64,000 nucleotides of DNA from an uncultured Candidatus Rokubacteria bacterium (GTDB lineage: Bacteria; Methylomirabilota; Methylomirabilia; Rokubacteriales; CSP1-6). The notes under the pieces were generated by a model, which made no database searches, was not told the origin of the DNA, and worked only from the letters and a program-made list of their open reading frames with translations. Location: positions 736,001 to 800,000 of the forward strand of contig CAVYTA010000007.1 of assembly GCA_963771355.1 (NCBI GenBank), in the 5' to 3' direction. The translations under genes were made by a program, and so were the position numbers. Positions 30,700 through 43,157 of the stretch are shown one piece after another (the stretch's first letter is position 1; each line of letters opens with the position of its first letter).

Positions 30700-33600
30700 G
30701 AAAGCCTTGTAGTGCTCTTTCCGCCTCATTCGTCCAGAACGGCATTTCCAGGGTTCGGTCAGCCTCGCCGCCTTGACGAGATGCTCCGGGCCTGCTCGCT
30801 TATTCTCATACGGCCGTATCCCTCGCCGATGCCGAGATGGCAGTGGGCTCCCAGGGGAGCCATCCCGAGTTCTGATGCGAGCTCCATGCCTTTGGGTAAT
30901 GTCCTTCGGCCGTCTCGGGATCCTGGCGTGCGAATGGATCTCCCCGAAAAGCCAGTGGGTCCATGCGACAGAGCCCGACTGGTTGTAATCCATGGCGGTC
31001 TGCAGTGCGAGATGAGCGACGCTGGTCGCCCGTTCGAGCTGGCCGGCGTGCAAATAAGCGTCGCTCAAGTGCACGACCCGCATGGTTTGATCGACCATTA
31101 GGTCCATGCCGCCGGCGGCGTCGACGGCCTCTTCAGGATCGCGATCGCGTCGGCTGCGCGCTTACTTAGCGTCTAGGCTCGACCGAGATAACCCGCGACT
31201 GTGACTCGCGCCATGTGAAGAACTCCCCTCTCGGACAACTGAAAGCGCGTTGCAGAGTCGAGATCGCCATGGCGAGATCGCCTTTGCGAAGATGCACGAT
31301 TCCGAGTGCCATGTAGGCATAGATCCGGCTGACGAGGTCGTCGACTCGCTTCCGCGATGCAGACCCCTTCGTTCCCACGCATAGTGGCGGGTCCGAACTC
31401 GCCAAGCTCTGCAAGTGACCACGAAAGCCATGTGCGAGCCGATACGGATGGCAAATTGGCCATTCCCAGGAAATTCGTGCGATCGGCATCGGTCGCGTCG
31501 ACGACCCAGTTCAGCAGCTCGATCGCCTGCGGTAATCGCCCCTCGCATGTCGCGCGCGGCCTGCGAACGAGTTTGCCAGTACCTCGGCCGGCGTCTCGCC
31601 AACCGGCTGCGCCGTAACCGAAGCCTGTTCGGCGGCGCCGATGGCGCGATCCTGTTGGCCGATCGACCAGAAGTAGAGGGCCTTGAATGTAAAGACGCGC
31701 GCCAGGCGAGCCTGGTCGTTCAGTGTGGTGGCGATCGCTTCCGCTTCGTGCAGCAACTCGAAACTGCGCTGAAACTCGCCAAGCGGGACAGCGAAGTCCG
31801 CAAACTGAAACGCAGATCGATCGCCTGCTGCATGACCGCGCCGCTTTGTGGCAGACGGTCGATCGCCGCCAGCGCCTCCGTAAACCTCGCGACGGCTTCG
31901 CGATGGGCGGACTTCGCCGCCGCCTTCGCGCCGGCCTGATAACAATATGAAACGGCTTTGTCCCACATCTCGCCGCGCAGGGCGTGATGCGACAGGCGTT
32001 CGATATGCTCCGAGGCGGTCCCAGTAGAGTTCTCGGTGGCCTCCAGGATTCGCGCATGCAAGGCCCGCCGGCGTTCGTGCAGCAGGCTTCCATACGCGAC
32101 CTCGTGGGTCAACGCATGCTTGAACGTGTACTCCGGCTCGGGGAAAAGCGCCGTCTGGTACAGGAACTCGGCGGATTGAAGATGAGTCAGTCCCTGCCGC
32201 AGTGCCTCGTCAGTCAGGCCGGCGATCGCGTGCAGCAGCTGAAACGGAACGCTCGTGCCAATGACCGTTGCGGCCTGAAGCAACTGCTTGTGCGCGGGCG
32301 AAAGGCGATCGATACGCGCGGCGATGACCGGCTGTACGGTCGAGGGCACCTGAATGGAGGTGAGCGGCCCGGTGAGGCGATAGGCGCCGGGCACGCCGAC
32401 GAGCGCTCCCAATTCCGCGAACGCACTGACGCTCTCTTCGAGAAGAACGGGTTACCCCCGGTCCGCTCCGCCAGCAGTTGCTTCAGCGGCTGAAGCGCCG
32501 CGTCATCTCCCAGAAGGGCATCGAGAAGGTGTCGGCGCTGTCGGGCTCGAGTGGATCGATCCGTAGCCGGGTATAGTACGGCCTGGAGTCCCAGCTCATG
32601 CATACTCGGGGCGATAGGTCACGAGCAGCAGCATGCGGGCCGGCGGGAGGTCTCGACGAAGCCCTTGAGGACCGCTTGAGTTTCGAATCGATACGTGAAG
32701 GTCCTCGAACACGACCAGTAGCGGCTGAACCTCGCTTTCCCGCAGGAGCAGCCGTTTCACGGCGTCAAGAGTTCTCTCCCGGCGTTATTGCGGGTCGAGC
32801 TTCTCCCACTCCGTATCGCTGAACGGCGTGTCAAGCAACGCAAGGAGCGCCGCGACGGAAGAATTCAGCGATTCGTCCAGGGCGAAGAGCTTGTCGTGAC
32901 CTTCTCCCGAATGGCGCGATGATCGTCGCGTTCCTGGATCTCGAAGTAGGTCTTGAGCAGGTCGATCACGGGAAGGTACGCGGTCGCTTTCCCGTAGGAA
33001 TGGATCCGCTTTCGAGATGAGCCAGGATTCGCGCGACAGGGAACGCGCAAATTCGTAAAACACGCGCGATTTTCCGACGCCGGGCTCGCCGACTAGGGCG
33101 ACGATCTGGCCATGGCCTGCCGCGGCCTGCTGCCACGCCATGCGCAGCTGGTCGAGCTCGGCATTGCGTCCCACGAATCGGGTCAGGCCCCGGCTCGCCG
33201 CAGCTTGCAGCCGCGTGCGCGCCGCCTGTGCGCCGATGAGCTCGTAGGCTTCGACGGCCTCGCTCAGGCCCTTTACGTGGATTTGCCGAGCGCTTGACCT
33301 GGACATACCCCTCGACCAGGCGCAGCGTAGAGCTGCTGATGAGAGTCGATCCCGGCATCGCCGTCTGTTCCATCCGCGCCGCGAGATGGGTGCTCTGCCC
33401 CACAACCGTATAGTCCATCCGCAGGTCGTTGCCGATCGTGCAGACCACGACTTCGCCAGAATCCAATCCCACCCTGATCTGGATCGGCACGCCGTGTGTG
33501 CGTGAATCTCTGCGCGTAGCGCTTCACCGCCTCCTGCATCCTCAGCGCGGCGTAGCACGCGCGAATGCCGTGGTCCTCGTGGGCGAGGGGAGCTCCGAAA

Positions 33601-34023
33601 AGCGCCATGATGCCGTCGCCCAACACCTGGTTGACCGTGCCCTCATAGCGATGGACGGATTCCATCATCCGCTCCAGGACAGGGTTGAGAATATTACGCG
33701 CTTCCTCCGGGTCCCGGTCGGCGATGAAGTTCCATCGACCCCTTGATATCGGCGAACAGCACGGTAATCTGCTTGCGCTCGCCCTCCAGGGCGGCTTTGG
33801 ACGTGAAAATCGTCTCGGTGAGCCGCTGCCGGGTGTAGCGTTCCGATACGGGCCGCGTGCCGGGCAATTCCTGCGTCAACGGCCCACCGCAGACGTGGCA
33901 GGTGTCGTTGGCGGCAACATTGACCGTTCTGCAGGCCGGACAGCGGATCTCGAGGCGCGTGCCACATTCCCCGCAGAGTTTTCCGCCAGGTGGGTTTTCG
34001 TGCCGACAGTGCTGCGACCGCAT
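30700..34023 (-). pseudogene. Double-zinc-ribbon + class III adenylate/guanylate cyclase + AAA ATPase + TPR protein, frameshifted
   Basis: LEGERKQITVLFADIKGS, GDGIMALFGAP, GEPGVGKSR, FKHALTHEVAY. Confidence 0.85.
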
Positions 34024-34344
34024 GCTGCTCACTCTCTGATGAACTCCGTCGTCGTCGGGCGAGTCTCCCTCGTGTGCAGCGTGGCGTTGACGGCGTCCAA
34101 CCAGCCGCGGAGCTCCTTCACCGACTTGCGGGAGGAAGGCACGTGAGTGATCAGGTCACTCTAACTCTCCCATGTGCTCAACTAGGATCGCCTGAACGAG
34201 ACGTTTGCCCCGATCGGGCAACTCCCGTCCCGAGGAGCTCCCGCCCCAAGGGCCTGCTGTATGGGACGGCAGCTAGACTACTTGCCTTGAACGAACACGT
34301 CAATCCGATTGTCATGTCAGCGGTAGGCGCGGCGGTGACCGATG

Positions 34345-35980
34345 TCAGCCCGCCGCGGTCCGGGCGAGCTCCCTTCGCAGCATCGCTCTCACCGAGTCGG
34401 ACTGCGCGCGCAGACTGCGGACCGCCCGGCGCAAGGACGGCGACGCCGCGGTGATCAACTCGCTCCAGGTGTCCTCCAGTACGGCCGAGAGCTTCTCGAG
34501 GTCCACGCGGGTGGTGCGGACGAGACAGGACATCACCTCTCCGAGGTGACCGTAGAGCATGGCGTGCGTCAAGCGCAGGCCGCCGCTCTCGTATGACGGC
34601 ATGTGCCGCCAGGTCTCCGGCGCCAGGCGTAGGTCGTGCGCCCTGGCAACGGGTCGAATCCGGGCGGGATCGAGGATCGTGGCGTCGAGGTCCCGCAGAA
34701 CGATCCGCGAGGGCATCCCGTCCCGCAGGACGATGTAGACGTTCTGGAAGATGCGGCTCGAGCGCCATGCCCCAGCGGGTATAGAAGTCGACTGGCCCGC
34801 GCATGAGAACGCGACAATAGGCGCGGAAGAACTCGCACGCGAGGCCGGGGCGGCCAAGGTCCGGCAGCCCGCGCGCCCTGCGCGGCCCGACCCACAGATT
34901 CAACGCCGGGATCACGACGTCCCCGGCGCGCTGCGGGACGGGGTGAGCGGACGATCGCCGCGCAGACCGTGTGCCCATGCGAGGCGCACCGTGGGCCATC
35001 GAGGCCACGTCGTACTGGAAATCGAGGGAGTCCTCTCCGCTGGCCGCAAGCAACAGCCGGGCAAGGGCGGACACGGTTGGCGCGTTGGGCGGTCGAAGAG
35101 GATAGAGGAGTCGGACCTCGCTGGTCAGGGTCGCGTCGATCGGAAGCTTCACGTCGAACCCCGTCGCAACGATCCGACACGTGCGCTGCGACGCCAGGGG
35201 AACGGCCTCCTCAAGCTCGCGTCGAGGAGCACGATCTCTCGCTGCCGGAGCAACTGGGTCACGATGGGTGAGAGCTCGAGCTGCCACGGATGCACCGGGA
35301 TCACGACGCTCGCGCCACGCGGCCAGGCCAGGTCGGCCCAGTTTCGGAAGCACGCGCGTTGATCATCGAAATCGATGGAGTCGAAGCGACCGTGCCGGAC
35401 CGCGATCAAAGGTATATCGATCGTCTCCCGCGACAGGTTCGAGCATCGAACTACCTGCTTGAGGGAGGGCCCGATGCGCAGCCCGGGGAACGGATGGTAG
35501 TGGTGGCCGAGGTAGACAGGCTCGATCGCCTTCGCCCCCTTGGCGAGGCGTCGACCGAGCAAGCGGTTCAGCACGAGGTTGGCGAAGCTATTGTCGAAGT
35601 TGGCGACCAGCCGATCGAAGTGTCTGGCGAGCTCTGACCTTCGCAGTGACCGACGAAGCGCGCGCAGAAACGCCCGCGGCGTGCGAATGATGCAGCGCCT
35701 CCCGCTGTGGAGAGTCCACGGTGGGCCCATTAGCTCGAGCCGCCGAAAGGGAAGTGGCCCGCTCACGGGCGCCCGGAGCATCGGCGCCCGACCGACATCG
35801 AGTGACCATCGCCCGGCGACGTCTTTCCTGAGCGTCGACGACGGGATGTAGCCTTCCCGATGGATCGATTGGAGCAGCCGGGAGACCGCGAGCAGCAAGG
35901 CGTCGTGGTGGACTTGGGCGAAGGCGGCGCGGCTGATCCGCTGGGCACGGGCCCATCGCCTGACCTCGGCGAGGGTCAAG
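34345..35980 (-). CDS. IucA/IucC-family (NIS synthetase-like) ligase, frameshifted in this assembly
   Basis: GHHYHP, VIPVHPWQ, PLASQRT, VKLP..LTSEVR, GMALEPH, QNV..VLRDLD motifs. Confidence 0.8.
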
Positions 35981-35998
35981 CCCGGAGCGGGGCGTGGC

Positions 35999-36747
35999 TT
36001 AGGTCGATTCGAAGACGTTGCGGCCAAGATCCTCGAGCGTGATCGCGTTGAAGTCGCTTAGTCGCTCCTGCATGAGCCGCGTCATCTCCGGGGCCTCGCT
36101 CGGTCCGCGCGAAATCCTCGATCAGGTTTGCCGTGTAGGCGATGTGACGAGTCTCGTCGGCTGCCAGGACATCGAGGATGCGAGTCAGCCGCTCCCGCCG
36201 CTCGGGGGCGCAGTGAGCCAGGAGCACGGGGCGCTGGAGCCGTTGGTGCATCAGTGTCCGAATCTCGGCGACGTTCATCTGAATGAGGTCGTCCACTGTG
36301 ATCGGATGGGCGAACGGCGAGTCGGGGTGAGGATCGCGCCGGCTCTGACGATTGTAACCAGGCGAAAGCGTGGTGAGCTGGGCGTGGAACTCCTCGTTGA
36401 CGGCGCCGGGAAACGCGAGGTCGAGCAGCGCAGTAGGCCCGTGAATGGCGAGACTCGTCGATCGCGTGCTGTCGGACCTGCGCCGCGACGCTCTCGTCTG
36501 GCGTCGACACTCCAAGGTCCCAGAGCTGTCCCGCGCCCTCGCCCTCTCGCTGAGCGTTCATCATAAGCGACGTGGCCATCCAGTACGGGTTGACGGCAAC
36601 GGCCCGGTAGATGTCGCTGTAGCGCCTGGTCCCGAACACGGGCGCCGACTTCCGGCATGCGGTGGTCAAAGCCTGGCGGTAATGCGGCCGAGCCTCACCG
36701 TTGAGGCGACCCAGGGCTTCCACGGTGAGCCCGGCAACGATGTTCAT
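35999..36747 (-). CDS. Ferritin-like diiron-carboxylate protein, frameshifted in this assembly
   Basis: E..DESRH and E..DETRH paired ExxH motifs. Confidence 0.75.
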
Positions 36748-36799
36748 GGGTCTGGCTCCCCCGCTGCCGGCGGCCCCGTACGCCGGGGTCGCGTCCGAT

Positions 36800-37050
36800 C
36801 TAAGGCGCGCTGACCAAAGCTTTCGTCTTGAACGGCGCGTTCAGCGAGATGAACTTGATCTCGATGTCGTCGCAGTCGGTCTTGAGCTCAAGCTTTCCGT
36901 TCTTCGCGCTACCCACGATCTTGGCTACTTGGAAGGTCTTTTGCAGCTCGGCGACGGCATTTTTGACCTTCAGTTCCGAGTCTTACCGCCCACCTTCCTC
37001 CTCCGTGTGCCGGCCTTGCGTTTCCGGGTGGCCTTCCGCGCCTTTGCCAT
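36800..37050 (-). CDS. Small (~83 aa) Lys/Arg-rich peptide, candidate precursor; one-base frameshift near 36982
   Basis: GGAG RBS; MAKARKATRKRKAGTRRRKVGGK / DSELKVKNAVAELQKTFQVAKIVGSAKNGKLELKTDCDDIEIKFISLNAPFKTKALVSAP*. Confidence 0.6.
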
Positions 37051-37179
37051 TGTCGTCTCCATGTCCCAGAAATCACTGCCCCGGTGCGACTACGGCAGCG
37101 TAAGGCACACTCAACATGCCGAAGTCAAGAAGTCAAGTGTTTGTTTGCCGACCTCGCCCCGAAGCTGCAGGACCGCGGA

Positions 37180-38275
37180 CTATGGGCGCCAGACCGATCG
37201 TTGAGCCACCGACTTTGTCCTGGATGCGCTCGCTTCCGAGTGGACCCATTCGAGCTTCGGAATCGGATCCCATCTGCTGGCGAACCCCAGCAGGTATCGT
37301 TCGCTTTTACCCTTCGCCAAGTTCAAGTCTGTAACTTGGAGCAGCGCGCCTCGTCTGGCGGACTCCTCCGCCCATGTCATATAGAACAGCCGCCGGTGCA
37401 GCGCACCTTGGGCCAGCTGCGATGCGGAAACCGCTTCCGGACCGGACTTGGCATCTGATAGGCGACCCCCGTATTAAAAACCAATGGCACCTGATTCCTT
37501 GGAACCAGGGAAAGCCCCTGCTTCAGAGTTCTACTGGCATCACCTTTGATAATCCGAATTGGCGTGCGTCGCCGGATTGACAGCGCTTCGTCAAACAAGT
37601 CTTCGGTTCGCGGGTAGTGAAATGCACGCATCCACGCCACACTGTCTTCCTCAAGCGAGACGGGGTGAAGCTCTAAACCAATTCGTTGCCCGATGACCGG
37701 CGCTGGATTTATCTGTGGGAACGCGCGTCGCGACCCCGGACGCCCTCGCGATGCAAGATCGTCCACCTCGGCAAACAGACGACATCGGGATTCGACGTCG
37801 CCCCCTTTTCCCCCAGACCGGAGTACTCGTAGCAATAGAGGTCCAGGCAGAGGTTGAGACCAAGACTCGGTCCGACTTCCACAAGAGCGATCGGTTTCGA
37901 GACGCGCTGTGCCGCAAACAGGAGTCCGGGATACAGCCCCACGCATCGACGGAAGTCATTGACCTGAGCCGGACGCTGGAGCAGCGCCGTAAGCTCATCT
38001 TCGTGTTCGAGCAGCGAACGACGCAGACTGATAAACGAGCGCCACTCCGAATCCGACGGAATCTGGAAGCGGTGCCTGCGGCTGAGGTAAGCCATAGCAG
38101 CGAAGAGAATGCGGCTTGTCTGCTCCTGAGCGATAGTGGCGGCGGAAGTGCGGGCTACGATAGGCATCAGAACGGCGTCGTCTGCGATGCGTTGCCGAAG
38201 CGTCTCCCAAGGTTCTCCCAATGGCCAAAACTTCAACAATGACTCGCGGGCCAGGCGTATTGAATTCACCTGCAC
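37180..38275 (-). CDS. DUF2332-family (SAM-dependent methyltransferase-like) protein, frameshifted
   Basis: QVNDFRRC, LVEVGPSLGLNL..D.Y.Y, RIGLELHPV, IIKGDA motifs. Confidence 0.65.
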
Positions 38276-38459
38276 GCCCGGACGAATGTTAATCCTAGCA
38301 GCACCGTTCGCTCGGAAAGGCTGTCCGTATCGCTTTCATACAGTGAGCCACCGGTAGCGGGAAGGTGAAGTCGGGCGGGCCAGCGGGGCACGGAACATGG
38401 TAGCCACTTTCGGATTCGCGTTAGCTTTCTGGCAACCCAGCCTTGCGTGCTCCCTCGAC

Positions 38460-40575
38460 GAGGATAGGCAACATCAACGCCCTCCGGCGGCGGGCGCCCC
38501 GCGCGTGGCCCCCGTCACCGTGACATAACCGCCCAGACTCGGACGCCGGCCGCCCCAGGAGCCGATGGCACAGCGCACATTAGCGGCCTCCTCGCCGATC
38601 GGCGAGCCGACCCGGGTGAGCGGCATGCTAGGCCAGACACACCGCCGCCGTCAATCGGCCGGGACCGGCCGGATCAGCACGGATGTCACCTCGCGGCGCC
38701 GGCACGCGGCGTCCGCCGCGCCCCCGAGCCGATCCGATCAGGACGCGGCGGCGCCGGACTCGGGTGGGGCGGGGCCGGGACTCTGCCCTGAGGGGCCGAT
38801 CCCCAGGTGCGCGAGGATCTTCCGGATGACGGCGGGATCGTGCAGCGTGGCGATCAGGCGCAGCCGGCCCCCACAATGGGGACACGCCAGAACATCAATG
38901 GCGAACGCCCGGTGCATCAGCGCCGCCCAGCTCCAGGCGCGCGGACTGCGGTCTTCACCCCCGTGTCCTCCGGACCTGCGGCCCGCGGCGCCGTCAAGGC
39001 CGTGGGCTCGGGCACCACGCGTCCGTACGCGACCACGCGCGCGCGCCAGCGGGCACGCGCGGCCAACAGGCCATGGCAGATCAGCAGGTTCGTTTCCGGC
39101 CGCGGCGTCATCGCCGCCAGACCGCTCCAGCAACTCCAGCGGCTCGAACACCAGCTCGCGCGTGCCGTCGTGCCACGCCGTCTTCAGCTCCAGCGCGATG
39201 CGGCCGTCGCTCCGCAGCCGCAGGCGCTCCTGCGCGAAGGGCGGACGCAAGATATATCTGCACAGCCGCTCCAGCCCCGCCCGATCGTTCGCCGACACCC
39301 ACACGTTGGCGTGCAGATCGAAGCCCTCCAGGTGCGCCTGCCGCGGCCCGCGCGACGTCACGGTCGCCGTGTCGCGCGCGTCGCCGAGCCGCCGCACCCG
39401 CGCCCCCGCGCGGGGGCCCAGCGCCACCCGCCCCTGCACCGAGGCGCCCGACGATCCCCGCCAGCACGGGGGACTCGTCCGCGAGCCGATCCGCCGGCCC
39501 CGTCGCGTCGTCGGCCGGGCTCCAGGCCGCGGCGCACCAGCAGCCGTTGCACCCGGTGGCGGATCGTCGCCAGCGCCGCCGCGACCTCGGCGTCGCTCGG
39601 CCCCGGCGCCGGATGAAACACCAGCGCGCCCCCGGGCGCTTCGGTGAACACCCCGTCCAGCACGAGGGTGTGAAAATGCACGTTCGCGTTCAACGCCGCC
39701 GCCCGCGCGCTGCATCGCCGTGACCATGCCGGTCTGCCCACCGGCGATGCCGCGCGCGCGCGCGCCGCGCCGGTACACGTCGAGCAGCACGCGCGTGTAC
39801 ACCCGCAGCACCGCGCGGCTCAGCCCGTGATTCCACGCCATCTGGTAGCGCAGCCGATACGGCACCGTCAGCACCCACTGCCGCACCGGCACCCACGGCA
39901 GCACCGCGTCCACCAGATGCGCCGCGCGCTCCGTCATCCGCCGGCCCCCGCAGCTCGGACACCACCCCCGCCCTTTGCACGAAAACGGCACCAGGTGCTC
40001 GCGCGCGCAGCCCTCGCACCGAAACCGCGCCACGCCGGCCTCGAACACGCCGCACGGCAGGAACTCCCGGAACTCGCGCTCGACGAACTGCGGCAGGCCC
40101 GCGCCGTCGCCGGCCTCCGCCACCGCGCCCAGGAAGGCCTCCAGATGCTCGGCGATGACCTGATGGAGCACGGTGTGCTCGGCGTCTCGCGGGGCCGGTA
40201 GACCGCTCGCGGGAAGGCCATGGCCCCCAGGTGCGGTCAGGGCGCCGACCGGGACAATGCTGAGAGATTGATACACCGAATAGGGGGGGGATGGCGGCGG
40301 CCGAACCGCTGCCGGCGGTGCGTTTACGGTCCGGAACGGTGGGGAGGGCAACCTCGCGCGCGGCGACACGTGGTGTGACCCGGGGAGGGCGGTGGTCTGG
40401 GTGTCCATGGTCTGGCTGGAGCTGGATGGTCCTCCTCGCCTCCAGAGCACATCGAGACTTCTGGGGGAGCCGAGGGAGTGCGCAGGGAACGTCACGGACG
40501 GATTTAGATCGGGATCTCGAGAGCAGAAGCTCAGCGACCTGTTCGCCGGCAAGTGGTTGCGGGCCCCCGCAACCA
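38460..40575 (-). mobile_element. ISCR/IS91-family rolling-circle element, copy 1
   Basis: oriIS-like end ...GCGTTGATGTTGCCTATCCTC downstream of the transposase; upstream end runs into the att-like palindrome. Confidence 0.85.
38738..40221 (-). pseudogene. ISCR/IS91 HUH transposase, frameshifted
   Basis: Zn domain [36 protein letters not shown]. Confidence 0.88.
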
Positions 40576-40652
40576 ACAAACACAAGGGGTTCGGCGCTCT
40601 CGCCGAGCCCCTTTCGTGTCTCAGTTAGCCGACTTGTCCCGAAACTTGTCCC
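40554..40652 (+). repeat. att-like junction: TGGTTGCGGGCCCCCGCAACCA palindrome + tRNA terminator + ACTTGTCCC x2
   Basis: Right part near-identical to 25899-25986. Confidence 0.85.
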
Positions 40653-41158
40653 TCGCCGAAGCCTCTCTCGGCCCTACAACACCCACGGGGGCGACCATAG
40701 CGTCGGGTTCACGGCGCCGATCGTGATGGCGGATGGAAGACGGAACGGATGATGCGGAGGTTTGCGGCAGTGATTGGCAACGGCTGCGACTTCGGAGACT
40801 CCGACTGTTACAGGTTTTGACCAGCAACGGGCGAGGATTGTAGGGCGGCTTGCGTGATGGACAATACCTTCGCCTTCGCCTAGAGTTGCCTCAATGCGAA
40901 AGCTGGCGTTAGCCGGGGCCTTCGCTTGCCTTATCCATACGGCCTCCTCGGCGTTAGAGATTCAACCCTTTCCGCCAGCCCTCGCTGATCCCCACTTCCT
41001 GACGAGTCACAGCAGCAAGGTTTCACCGACAAAACAGTGCTGAAGGAAGCAAGACTCGACATTCTCGGCAGCACCTTCGAGGCCGAGTACCGCGTGTACA
41101 AGAACGATCCTTTTGTGGAGATTGTTCTTTCGAGCACTGGTAAAGACTACAAGAGCGA

Positions 41159-42145
41159 GTGATGGATCGCCGCGCGTTCCTGGCTGGTGCTGCCGCGCTG
41201 CTTGTTGCGCCGCTCGTCGGCGAGGCGCAGCAGGCGGGGAAGATGTGGCGGATCGGCTATCTAGACCAGGGATCGGCGGCCGGTGGCAGCCTTTATGTGG
41301 ACGGACTCAGGCAAGGCTTGCGAGAGCTCGGTTGGGTTGAGGGCCAGAACATCGCCGTTGAAGTTCGGTTCGCCGAGGGGAGAACCGACCAGCTCCCCGC
41401 GCTCGCGGCCGAGCTCGTCCGCCTCAAGGTGGACCTCATCGTCACCTCGACCACGCCAGCGGCCCTAGCTGCCAAGCAAGCCACTACGACGATACCCATC
41501 GTCATTGGGTTTGCTGCCGATCCGGTTGGGAGTGGAATCGTCGCCAGCCTTGCGCGCCCCGGAGGAAACATCACTGGGTGGACGCACTCGGGTCTTGAGT
41601 TGAGGGCCAAATATTTGGAGTTGCTCAAGGAAGCCGTTCCCGAGGCCACTCGCTTCGGTGTCCTTTGGAACCCTGCTAACCAGGTACATCAACCGTCGTT
41701 GAAGGTCATCGAAGACGCCGCTCAGCGACTCAAGGTGGAGTTGCACCTAGCTGGCGTACAAGAACCCAAAGAGATCGAGCGCGCCGTCTCGGCGCTGGTG
41801 AAGAGGGGCGTACAGGCCCTCGTAGTGTTCCCAGATGGGATGTTTCAAGCTCAGACACCGCTCATCATCGCCGTTGCCGCCCGGAACCGGCTCCCTACGA
41901 TGTACGGCCTCAGGGAGTATGCGGAGGTCGGAGGTCTGATGGTCTACGGGGCCAATGTGGCCGAGATGCACCGGCAGCTCGGCGCGTCCTTAGTGGACAA
42001 GATTCTTCGCGGTGCCAAGCCCGCAAACCTTCCCGTCGCGCAACCGATGAAGTTTGACCTGGTGATCAACCTCAAGACCGCGAAGGCCCTCGGCCTCAAG
42101 ATCCCTCAGTCGCTCTTACTGCGGGCAGATCAGGTGATCGAGTGA
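41159..42145 (+). CDS. ABC transporter substrate-binding protein (ABC_sub_bind type), orphan
   Basis: Tat-like MDRRAFL, SLARPGGNITG, INLKTAKALGL..RADQVIE. Confidence 0.9.
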   Translation: MMDRRAFLAGAAALLVAPLVGEAQQAGKMWRIGYLDQGSAAGGSLYVDGLRQGLRELGWVEGQNIAVEVRFAEGRTDQLPALAAELVRLKVDLIVTSTTPAALAAKQATTTIPIVIGFAADPVGSGIVASLARPGGNITGWTHSGLELRAKYLELLKEAVPEATRFGVLWNPANQVHQPSLKVIEDAAQRLKVELHLAGVQEPKEIERAVSALVKRGVQALVVFPDGMFQAQTPLIIAVAARNRLPTMYGLREYAEVGGLMVYGANVAEMHRQLGASLVDKILRGAKPANLPVAQPMKFDLVINLKTAKALGLKIPQSLLLRADQVIE

Positions 42146-43140
42146 TGATGGAGCGGCGGGCGTTCGTTGCTGGTGCAGTCGCCCTCCTCGCCGCGCCGCT
42201 CGCCGCCGAGGCCCAGTCGGCGGAGAAGGTGTACCGGATCGGCTATCTCTCCATCGGCTCGGGCACGGGCGCCGTCTACACTCGTCCCCTGGAGGGGTTC
42301 CGGCAACGGCTGCGTGAGCTCGGGTGGGTCGAGGGCCGGAACATCGCCATCGAATTTCGCTATGCCGAGGGCCGTGCCGACCGGCTGCCGGGCCTCGCCG
42401 ACGAGCTGGTCCGCCTCAAGGTCGACATCATCACGGCCGTGCCGACGCCCGCTGCCTTGGCCGCCAGGAATGCCACGAACACGATCCCCATCGTCGGAAT
42501 GAGTCTTACCGAACCGGTCGCGGTCGGGCTCGTGGCGAGCCTCGCGCGCCCAGGCGGCAACGTCACGGGGGTCTCCTACACCTTCGGCACGGAGCTTTTC
42601 GGCAAGCAGCTCGAGCTGCTCCGGGACGTCGCTCCCAAGGTGCGCCGTGTGGCCGTCCTCGCGAGCCCGACCGGGATCCCCGCCTATCCGCAAATGTTGG
42701 ACGCCTCCAGGGCCGCGGCCAGGTCGCTAGGACTGGAGCTTCAGCTCCTCGAGGTCCGCGAGCCCTCCGACTTCGACAGCGCCTTCGCGGCGATGGCCAA
42801 GGAGCGCGTGGGATCACTCCTCGTCATGGGGCACCCGCTGTTTTTCATCCACCGGACGCGGCTCGCCGATCTCGCGGCAAGGAACCGGCTCCCGTCGATG
42901 TCCACGCAGGAGCAATGGGTGGAGGCGGGGGGCCTCATGTCGTACGGGCCGAACTTCGTCGATCTGTACCGGCGCGGCGCGACCTACGTGGACCGGATTC
43001 TCAAGGGCGCCAAGCCCGGCGACCTGCCCATCGAGCAGCCAACCAATTTGTCGCTGGTGCTCAACCTCAAGACCGCCAAGGCGCTCGGCCTGACGATTCC
43101 GCCGTCGCTCCTAGCCCGGGCGGATCAGGTGATCGAGTAG
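42142..43140 (+). CDS. ABC transporter substrate-binding protein (ABC_sub_bind type), tandem paralog
   Basis: Same motifs; overlaps the upstream stop codon. Confidence 0.9.
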   Translation: MMMERRAFVAGAVALLAAPLAAEAQSAEKVYRIGYLSIGSGTGAVYTRPLEGFRQRLRELGWVEGRNIAIEFRYAEGRADRLPGLADELVRLKVDIITAVPTPAALAARNATNTIPIVGMSLTEPVAVGLVASLARPGGNVTGVSYTFGTELFGKQLELLRDVAPKVRRVAVLASPTGIPAYPQMLDASRAAARSLGLELQLLEVREPSDFDSAFAAMAKERVGSLLVMGHPLFFIHRTRLADLAARNRLPSMSTQEQWVEAGGLMSYGPNFVDLYRRGATYVDRILKGAKPGDLPIEQPTNLSLVLNLKTAKALGLTIPPSLLARADQVIE

Positions 43141-43157
43141 AAACGAAGGAGGCGACC

